Assembly: GCA_963713865.1 (NCBI GenBank)
Contig: OY970208.1
Span: 1-64,000, forward strand
Reading direction: 5' to 3'
DNA: 64,000 nt
Origin: an uncultured candidate division Zixibacteria bacterium
GTDB lineage: Bacteria > Zixibacteria > MSB-5A5 > RBG-16-43-9
The translations under genes and the position numbers were made by a program. The notes below the pieces were generated by a model that saw only the letters and a list, made by a program, of their open reading frames with translations, had not been told where the DNA came from and made no database searches. The first letter of the stretch is position 1. Every line of letters begins with the position of its first letter. Shown here in pieces: positions 49,900-57,733 of the stretch.

Positions 49900-51346
49900 T
49901 GTTATAGCAAGATTAAAATGTCCTAATTTCTACAAAGTTAAAATGTCCTGTTTTCATGTTTTAGTTAATAGTAGCTTTTGTTCTTTTTGTTCATAAGGTC
50001 TATATTGTGAATTAACCTTAAACTTCCGCCAGGGATGATCCACTGGAGGTATATAAGCCGTTTTGAGTTTTAATATGGGTAGTTTTGGAGTTTCTTTTTC
50101 TCTCTTAGGCCTGATGATAATCTCTTTAAACTTCAAGATGGTATCTTTATAGGTAATTAGCATAGAGCCATCTATCATATCTTCTACTATCACATTGTTA
50201 GTTCTTACATTATCCTTTATCTGATAGAGCCTGTTATTATGCGCTACCGTGAAGTCGTTCCTTAAAGCCCTTTCGGTCTTAAAGCATAGTATTCGATCCA
50301 GGTTAAGAGCTATGGGAACAGGTCTATGAAGATCAAGCTCTTCTGCCGCCCTAAAGCTGAATCGCTTATTATATATGGGCAGGTAGTATCTTAAGAGTCG
50401 ATTGGCTTCTTCTATGGTCTTAATACCTCTTAGCCTCATCTCCTTTATTAGGCGATCCTGGAAAGTCCTGAATTGTCTCTCTATCCTCCCCTTAGCCTGA
50501 GGAGAATGGGCATAGATAATCTTAACTCCCAATTCCTTAAAAGCTCTGGCAACCTCACTCAACGGCTCTATTCCCTTAAGCTGGTCTTCTATAGAAGGCT
50601 TCTTAGTTGATTTATATGTGGTATGCTTGTCTAAATATATGCTCAGCGGAATACCATATTTTTTGATATAACGTTTAAAACTGTCCATAGCTGGAATGGT
50701 GCCTTCATAAGGATAAAATCTTGCAAAGACATTACCGGTAGCGTCATCCACATAACCCATAAGAACACATTCCGGACCCCTGCTCTCCAGCCAATCATGA
50801 TGAGAACCGTCCAGCTGGATCATCTCGCCAAAATAACGCCTCCTCTGACGCCACTGACGATGAGCCTTTCTCTTTCGACCCCGGTACTCTATCCCTTTCT
50901 CCTTGAGCCAGTTCCTTAAGGTCTCTCGACTTAAACCTATCTTGTCTATCTCTAAAAGCTTCTCTGTCGCTAAGGTCGGACCAAATCCTGCATATCTCTC
51001 CTCATAAAGCTCAAGAACCCTTGTCTTTATCATATCCGGTGTCATATTATGCGATGGTTTTCCTCGAGATCTGTGGACTATACCTCGGTCGCCTTCTTCT
51101 ATCACCCGCTTTATTATTCTTCTGACCTGCCTATCGCTTAAACCTAATATCCCAGCTGCCTCTACTTGAGTTAAACCCTTGTCAATTGCCTGGTGAATCA
51201 CATTTATCCTCTTTAGCTCCTCCTGGCTCATCTTTATTATGTCCTTCCCTGCCATAATATCCTCCTTTGGAAAAAGATACTATGGCAATCTCTAAATAGG
51301 ACATTTCTGCTTTGCTAAAACAGGACATTATTATATTGCGATTACA
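49900..51346 (-). mobile_element. IS1202-like (ISNCY) insertion sequence, apparently intact
   Basis: TGT...ACA ends; ~25-bp imperfect IR each with two AATGTCCT sub-repeats; 16-bp direct repeat CAAAAAAATAAAAAAA at 49884-49899 and 51347-51362. Confidence 0.92.
49954..51255 (-). CDS. ISNCY/IS1202-family DDE transposase
   Basis: N-terminal HTH, FGPTLA.EKL, QLDGSHHDW, DDATG, YLDKH, SPQAKGRIER, HPWR. Confidence 0.93.
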   Translation of the reverse strand: MAGKDIIKMSQEELKRINVIHQAIDKGLTQVEAAGILGLSDRQVRRIIKRVIEEGDRGIVHRSRGKPSHNMTPDMIKTRVLELYEERYAGFGPTLATEKLLEIDKIGLSRETLRNWLKEKGIEYRGRKRKAHRQWRQRRRYFGEMIQLDGSHHDWLESRGPECVLMGYVDDATGNVFARFYPYEGTIPAMDSFKRYIKKYGIPLSIYLDKHTTYKSTKKPSIEDQLKGIEPLSEVARAFKELGVKIIYAHSPQAKGRIERQFRTFQDRLIKEMRLRGIKTIEEANRLLRYYLPIYNKRFSFRAAEELDLHRPVPIALNLDRILCFKTERALRNDFTVAHNNRLYQIKDNVRTNNVIVEDMIDGSMLITYKDTILKFKEIIIRPKREKETPKLPILKLKTAYIPPVDHPWRKFKVNSQYRPYEQKEQKLLLTKT

Positions 51347-51364
51347 CAAAAAAATAAAAAAACT

Positions 51365-51575
51365 GTAGGAACAGAATCCGCCTGAGGTGGATTCTGTCCT
51401 TACTCTTTTTTGCGACCCTGTTCTACGGTGGTTACGAGCCCGCCCGAAGGGCACCAGACGTAGTCTCCGTTATTAGGAAAAGGGCCCGCACTACGATTTA
51501 ATCAGATTCGATTTAATGAACCCAACTCTTTTTTATCGAACAGCCAATAGCTAACCGCGAATCGCGAACCAACAA
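51365..51575. repeat. REP family A and F copies with loop insertions, then heptamer repeats
   Basis: 51365-51403 loop replaced by TCCGCCTGAGGTGGA; 51411-51494 carries a ~57-bp insert; 51534-51575 six 7-mers ending in AA. Confidence 0.75.
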
Positions 51576-51640
51576 ACCCCTTGTATTTTCAGCCATCTGA
51601 AGTTAAATTGATTTGATTTATTTTTATTTTGAGGTAATTA

Positions 51641-53422
51641 ATGTACGATTTAATTTTGCTCCATCCGCCTAGCGTATATGACTTTCGTAAACGCTCGATT
51701 ATGTTCGGGCCCATAAGTGATGTTATCCCTTCTACTCCGGTATTCGATATGTATCCACTCGGATTTGTCTCCCTTTACTCCTATTTAACTCGCAAGAAAT
51801 TAAAGGTCAGGATAATAAATTTAGCTGTGAAGATGCTTTCCAGCCCGGATTATGATGTAGAGCAAGAGATAAAAAATTTAAAGAGCTTAGCCTTCGGAAT
51901 AGATTTACACTGGCTCCCTCATTCTCAAGGAGGACTGGAAATTGCAAAGCTTATAAAAAAATATCACCCAGATTCAAAAGTAATTTTCGGGGGACTATCT
52001 GCCACCTATTTTCATAAAGAGCTTATTCTTTATCCGCAGGTCGATTTTGTGATAAGAGGTGACTCTGCAGAGAACCCTCTTTACAGATTAATTCAGGCAC
52101 TAAAAGGAAAAGAAGGGTTATTCTCCGTGCCAAATCTCACTTACAAGGATAAAATAAATGAGGTTCGGATAAACTCCTTGACTTTCATCCCCGAAAACTT
52201 AAACGGCATTGGGCTGGATTACCCTCATCTGATAAGAGCAATTTTAAGAGACAAAGACCTCTTAGGTTATTTCCCGTTTTATGATTGGGGAAGATACCCT
52301 ATCACCGCTATCTTTACCTGCAAGGGGTGTACTCAAAACTGCACCTCCTGCGGCGGCTCTTCCTTTGCCTATTCTAATTTCTGCCTGAGAGATAAGCCAG
52401 CTTTTAGAGATCCGGAGTTAGTGGTTAAAGACCTACAGAAGACCACTTTTTTCTTCAAGGGACCGATTTTCCTCTTAGGAGACCTGCTTCAGCCAGGAGA
52501 AAGCTATGCTTACCAGATTTTGAGCCTGCTCAAAAAAACGAAGATAAAAAATCAGGTGGTGATAGAATTCTTTGACATCCCCCCTGATAAATTTTTGTAC
52601 CAGGTAGCTCAAGCCATCCCGAATTTCAATATCCAGATCTCAGCCGAATCCCACGACCCGCTGGTCCGATCTTCTTTTCAGAGAAATTATGATAATTCTG
52701 CTCTGGAAAAATTTATTGAACATTCTTTAAAAGCTAACTGTAGAAAATTCGACCTTTTCTTTATGATCGGGCTTCCCCATCAGACCTATGACTCTGTGTT
52801 AGAGACTATAAAATACTGCGATTATCTTCTGGATAAATTTAATTCTCAAAAAAGGCTTTTTCCTTATATCTCGCCTTTAGCTCCCTTTCTTGACCCGGGC
52901 AGTCTGATTTTTGAAAATCCTGAAAAATACGGCTATAAGCTTATATTCCGGACATTGGAGGAACATAGAAAAGCCTTAGAAAGCCCCAGCTGGAGATATA
53001 TGCTCAATTACCAGACTGAATGGATGAGCCGGGAGGAGATAGTCTCTTGCACCTATGATGCCGCATCTAAGATGAATCATATTAAATATAAACACAATCT
53101 GCTTGATGAGAGAACCTATAAAAAGATAGAAAATAGAATAAGAACAGCGGTTCTGGTGATGAGGAAAATCGACCGGATGATCGAGGAGGGGAATAACGTA
53201 CCCGACTTTGGATCCGCAGGAGATGAAGCTGAGCTTAAAAGACTCGAAGCCCGGTCAGATTTAACCTGTGATCCCACGCTCTGTGAAAAGAGCGAGTTAG
53301 AATGGCCCCTGCGCTTTTTCCAGGGGAATATGCAGAAGCGGATGTTTAAATATGCTTTTTATTTTCTAACTCTGCTTAATTTCTTACGAAGACCTTTCTC
53401 AGGACATAAAAGATTAGTCTGA
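51641..53422 (+). CDS. B12-binding domain radical SAM protein (TIGR04190-like)
   Basis: LLHPPSVYDFR...PSTPVFDMYP.G, GIDLHW, CTQNCTSC (CxxxCxxC). Confidence 0.88.
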   Translation: MYDLILLHPPSVYDFRKRSIMFGPISDVIPSTPVFDMYPLGFVSLYSYLTRKKLKVRIINLAVKMLSSPDYDVEQEIKNLKSLAFGIDLHWLPHSQGGLEIAKLIKKYHPDSKVIFGGLSATYFHKELILYPQVDFVIRGDSAENPLYRLIQALKGKEGLFSVPNLTYKDKINEVRINSLTFIPENLNGIGLDYPHLIRAILRDKDLLGYFPFYDWGRYPITAIFTCKGCTQNCTSCGGSSFAYSNFCLRDKPAFRDPELVVKDLQKTTFFFKGPIFLLGDLLQPGESYAYQILSLLKKTKIKNQVVIEFFDIPPDKFLYQVAQAIPNFNIQISAESHDPLVRSSFQRNYDNSALEKFIEHSLKANCRKFDLFFMIGLPHQTYDSVLETIKYCDYLLDKFNSQKRLFPYISPLAPFLDPGSLIFENPEKYGYKLIFRTLEEHRKALESPSWRYMLNYQTEWMSREEIVSCTYDAASKMNHIKYKHNLLDERTYKKIENRIRTAVLVMRKIDRMIEEGNNVPDFGSAGDEAELKRLEARSDLTCDPTLCEKSELEWPLRFFQGNMQKRMFKYAFYFLTLLNFLRRPFSGHKRLV

Positions 53423-54251
53423 ATAAAACAGTTAAAAGCAATACCGCTCCAGAAAAATAAACTAAAATCTTATTTAAAATCCCCTTTTTATACTTGAAAA
53501 GAAATCTGAAAAAACTCAGATGAGCAGATAATATCATTTCGGGTTTAACCTTCTGAGTCGAGCCTCCTTTATAATGAAAAGCTTTAGCCTCAGGGAAAAA
53601 ATAAAGTTTCCCTCCATTCTTTTTCATCCGGTAGCACAAATCCACGTCATTAAAATAAATGGGAAACCTTTCATCTAAAATCCCAATCCTTTCCAAAATC
53701 TTCCTGCTCAGAAGAAGGCAGGAGCCCATTGGCTGGTCAACCTCTCTGGGGGATTGAAAATCAAAATAACCCATCCTCCATCTGCCGAAAATCCTGCTTT
53801 CGGGGAAAAGATAGCTCAAGCCGGAAATCTCCCAGAGGAGGATTGAAAAATCAGGGAACTCCCTGCAGGAAGGCTGAATGGTTCCATTTAGATTCAAAAG
53901 CTGAGGTCCCAGACCATCAATATCTGTATGCTTTTCCATAAAATCAAGCATTAGTTGAAGGCATTTTTCTTTCAACTCCACATCCGGGTTTAAAAGTAAA
54001 ATATACTCGCCTCTGGCAATTTCTATCCCTTGATTATTCCCCCTGGCATACCCCAGATTTGTCTGATTGAGGACAGGTTTAACCAAAGGTTCAAATTCCT
54101 GGACAATCTTTACAGTTTCATCCTGAGATCCATTATCTATAACTATCACCTCTAACTCTATAGAGCCTTTGGTATTGAAAATAGATTGCAGGCAGTTTTT
54201 GATAAACTCTTCACTGTTCCAGGTAACGATGATAATAGAAAGTAAAGGCAT
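53376..54251 (-). CDS. glycosyltransferase family 2
   Basis: SIIIVTWNS, IDNGSQD, LLLNPD, DERF.IYFNDVDLC. Confidence 0.92.
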   Translation of the reverse strand: MPLLSIIIVTWNSEEFIKNCLQSIFNTKGSIELEVIVIDNGSQDETVKIVQEFEPLVKPVLNQTNLGYARGNNQGIEIARGEYILLLNPDVELKEKCLQLMLDFMEKHTDIDGLGPQLLNLNGTIQPSCREFPDFSILLWEISGLSYLFPESRIFGRWRMGYFDFQSPREVDQPMGSCLLLSRKILERIGILDERFPIYFNDVDLCYRMKKNGGKLYFFPEAKAFHYKGGSTQKVKPEMILSAHLSFFRFLFKYKKGILNKILVYFSGAVLLLTVLFRLIFYVLRKVFVRN

Positions 54252-54254
54252 AAT

Positions 54255-55631
54255 TTATTTTTTCACTGCTGCATCAAAGAGTTGAGCCAGTTTTGAAGTT
54301 AAATATTTTCTCTCATACTTTTTCAGTTTTTCTGGATCCGCTTTCAAAAACTGTTTCCCGCTCTCAGATTCCCTATAGTAATTCATTATTATCTCCTCTA
54401 TTCCTGAAATATTTTCCGGTGAAACGACTTTGCCGGCTGAAAGTGTCTCAATCAGCCTGCCTGCTTCTCCATTTTGGGGGACAATTCCCAGGATTGGTAT
54501 CTGAGCTCCTAAATATTCAAATATTTTACCTGTGGTTATCACCGGAGCAGATTCTGCAACACTCAGCAGGGCCAGATCTGATTTAAGTAATTCCACAATA
54601 CCTTCTTTATGAGGCAGATATCCCCTTAATTCCACGATTTCTTTTAATCCATATTCCTCTATTAATCTTTCTATGTTTATCCCTATGGAGATCCCGACAT
54701 CGATAAATTTAATTTTATCTTTATTGAGTCTCCCCTGTTGCAAAAGATTATGCAATGCCTTAAAAAAAGGCTCAGGTGGACAATCAGGGCTGAACGTGCC
54801 GAAATAGATTATCCTGAAAATGATTTTTTCTTTTTCGACTTTTATTTCAAAATCCTTTTGGTCATAGCCGTTGGGGATGAGCTCAATTTTTGGGATTCGG
54901 GGATAGAGGTCTTTAATCTCGGCTGTTATCATCTGATTTACCCCAACCAGTGCATCTGCGTTTTTCGAGAATATCTTTTGCAGATATTTTAAAAGAAACT
55001 TTTTGGAAAAGGGAACACCTTTTCTATTCTCAGTGGCTGAATAGGAGTCACGGTAATCTGCCACCCACTTAATCCGGGTGATTTTTTTCAGGAGTAAACC
55101 TACCAGATGACAGGTTAAAGGAGGAGAGGTGGAGAAAATAAGGTCAATCTTCTCCTTTCTGCAAAGCTTGATTCCATTTATCAGTGCAAAAGGTGACCAG
55201 TCAACTTTATTATCTGGGAAATAGAAAATATCAATAAATTTTAGCAAGCTCGAAGGAAAAAATTTAAATTTTTTCCTTTTTGAATTTCGTAGTTCGACCC
55301 TGCCTGTCCCGCCGCAGGCGGGATCAGGGTCGATTGTTTTTTTCCCGTAACTCTTTTTTCTTTGGAACAATTTTTTGAAAAGAAATATCATTCTTAAGGG
55401 ATCAAGTGAGCCTGTCCTTTTAATCTTTATTTCTTCAGGTAGTTCTTTCAAAAGCGAATCATCCTGGCTGAAATATTGAATATCTTTAACCGTTAGAACA
55501 ATTGGCTCCCAGCCAAAGGATGGAAGATATTTAACGAATTTAGAGACCCTCTGCACCCCTCCCATACCCAAGGGCGGGAAATAGTAAGCAATTATCAGAA
55601 CCTTTTTATTCTGGTCGTTAGTTATATTCAT
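54255..55631 (-). CDS. glycosyltransferase family 4 (with in-frame repeat insertion)
   Basis: IAYYFPPLGMGGVQR, STSPP, WVADYRD, IPNGYD, GKIFEYL. Confidence 0.88.
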   Translation of the reverse strand: MNITNDQNKKVLIIAYYFPPLGMGGVQRVSKFVKYLPSFGWEPIVLTVKDIQYFSQDDSLLKELPEEIKIKRTGSLDPLRMIFLFKKLFQRKKSYGKKTIDPDPACGGTGRVELRNSKRKKFKFFPSSLLKFIDIFYFPDNKVDWSPFALINGIKLCRKEKIDLIFSTSPPLTCHLVGLLLKKITRIKWVADYRDSYSATENRKGVPFSKKFLLKYLQKIFSKNADALVGVNQMITAEIKDLYPRIPKIELIPNGYDQKDFEIKVEKEKIIFRIIYFGTFSPDCPPEPFFKALHNLLQQGRLNKDKIKFIDVGISIGINIERLIEEYGLKEIVELRGYLPHKEGIVELLKSDLALLSVAESAPVITTGKIFEYLGAQIPILGIVPQNGEAGRLIETLSAGKVVSPENISGIEEIIMNYYRESESGKQFLKADPEKLKKYERKYLTSKLAQLFDAAVKK

Positions 55632-56695
55632 CTTCTAAATATTTCTAAGAATTTATTTTCGATCATTTTCATGTTCTCTTCCCACAAAGCTCTTTCTTTA
55701 ATAATCTTCTGATTTTCCATCTGGAGTTTTTCTATGTTTTTGAAATCATTCATCATCCAGACAATTTTTTGAGCTAAAGCCTGGTAATCCCCTGCTGGAA
55801 ATATAAAGCCATTCTTTCCCTCTTCTATCCATTCCCGATTACCCGGAATATCCGATACCACTGGCAAAAGCCCCGAGGCCATAGCCTCTAAAAGGGAAAC
55901 TGAGGTGCTATCCGATAGAGAAGTTGAGATATATATATCCGCTTTCTGCAAACAATTTTCCAACTCCTCCCTGGATACATATCCCTTGAATTCAATATTT
56001 TTTTCTATTCCCAAATCTAAAGATAGTTTGACCAGCTCTTCTTTTTGACTCCCCTCTCCGATTATCCAGAACTTAATATTTTTATGACTCTGATAAACAA
56101 CTAATGGTATTGCCTTAATCAGGGTTTTTAAATCGTAAACCGGTTCAAGACTTCTTATGCTCAATATAATTATCTCCTCTTTATCCTTAAGATAATCTTT
56201 CCGTTCTTTTAATAATTTCTGTTCAACCCCCATCGGAGCAAGAACTATTTTATCTTTTCCCACACCTAAATCATTCAACTCCTGGAATATATTCATTCCG
56301 TCACAGGTTACCAGATCAGCTTTTGAGAGAACATATTTAGTTCTCGTCCTGTGAAAAAAAGTTTTTTTTGAGGAGATAAGAACATCGGAACCCCAGGCTG
56401 ATACCACCAAAGGCTTTCTTTTAGATAACGCTCCTAAAAACCCATAATTGGAAATAAAATGGGCATTGACCAGATTCGGCTCAATTTCTTTGATAATTTT
56501 TTTTAATTGAGGTAGCGCTAAAAGATATTTAAGAAAAGGGTATTCAGTTTTAGGAGAAATAAAAATCTCATAAGCTTTAGTCCCTTGACTTTTTTCTAAA
56601 GAGAAAAGATATGTCTCATACCCCCGATTTACAAAATAATCCACCCATCTTTTAGTATGAAAGCTTCTTGCATCTGAGAGAAATAATAACTTCAT
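55628..56695 (-). CDS. glycosyltransferase family 4
   Basis: SFHTKRWV, SAWGSDV, SVSLLEAMASG. Confidence 0.9.
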   Translation of the reverse strand: MKLLFLSDARSFHTKRWVDYFVNRGYETYLFSLEKSQGTKAYEIFISPKTEYPFLKYLLALPQLKKIIKEIEPNLVNAHFISNYGFLGALSKRKPLVVSAWGSDVLISSKKTFFHRTRTKYVLSKADLVTCDGMNIFQELNDLGVGKDKIVLAPMGVEQKLLKERKDYLKDKEEIIILSIRSLEPVYDLKTLIKAIPLVVYQSHKNIKFWIIGEGSQKEELVKLSLDLGIEKNIEFKGYVSREELENCLQKADIYISTSLSDSTSVSLLEAMASGLLPVVSDIPGNREWIEEGKNGFIFPAGDYQALAQKIVWMMNDFKNIEKLQMENQKIIKERALWEENMKMIENKFLEIFRR

Positions 56696-56750
56696 TTAAA
56701 TTCTTTAACTATCTTCATATACAGAGTTAGGACAGAACACTGTTCTGTCC

Positions 56751-57727
56751 CTACAAAATTCTCTTTAATTTTTCCGCAGTTTTATACCAGAATCTTTTCT
56801 TAGAATAGATAAGATACTCTTTTTTTTCACCCCCCCAGGCTTCTTTGAATCTCACTAAACCCTCTGCACTTTTAGGAGAGCCTCCAAAATTATAATACCT
56901 ATATCCCTGAGAAAGCCCCCACCGGATTGCATCCGAGAATAAGGCATCATTGGGCCTGAGACTCAAAGCCTCAAGCTCGGAGGCACTTCCCAGTAATAGA
57001 GCGTATCTTTGAAAAGGAAATTTATCTGAAAAGCGATGATCTGATTCTCAATTTTAGCCACCCTCCACAAAATCTCTTTTTCAGTTTCAAGGATATTCCA
57101 GATATTTTCATATAAGCCCAGTGGATATTTAGATTTCTTTAATCCAAATCGTTTATCTCTTTTCAGAATTAGATTATAACAATCTCTGATTTTTTCAGAT
57201 GAGGAAAGAGGAACCACCTGCACCCCTTTTTTCTCTGCCTGGATTGCCCCCCGTTTAGCTTTATGCACTGGGTTATTAACGTATTTAGATAAATCCAGTA
57301 TATGTGTATATCCTTTAACTGATTTGTATCCATACTCGCTCAAGCTATTTTGGTTTCCAAAAAAATCTATCACCTCTGCGCTTACTAGCTTGAGTTCCTT
57401 AAACTCATTCTCGATTATTTCATAAAATCCTTTTTCTTTTTCTAAAGCTAAATTCTTTCCGGGTACAAACCCTCCATAGGTACCAAAAGGCATCGAATAT
57501 AACCTTTTCAACCTGTACTTATCAGAGAGGATAAAGGGGAATCCGGCGATATAATCACCTTTTTCGTCTGTACAAACCATAAAAAACGGGGTAAAATATA
57601 CAAAACTGGAAAACCAGATTTTTGCCCAGGAAGACTTATGATAAAAAGTACTGAAAGGAGAACCTGATAAAAGCTCTTCCCACTTTACCTCATCCAGCTC
57701 CCCTAAATAGAGAAGCTTACATTCCAT
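56751..57727 (-). CDS. FemAB-like GNAT protein (apparent -1 frameshift at ~56984)
   Basis: STFYH..SW, SMPFGTYGG, then YNFGGS...GLVRFKEAWG; adding one G restores YWEGASELEALSLRPN. Confidence 0.8.
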
Positions 57728-57733
57728 AATTTC

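Noticed and set aside
53376-53422. 47-bp convergent overlap of the radical SAM and GT2 genes
   Set aside because: Short tail-to-tail overlaps are common; no further structure seen.
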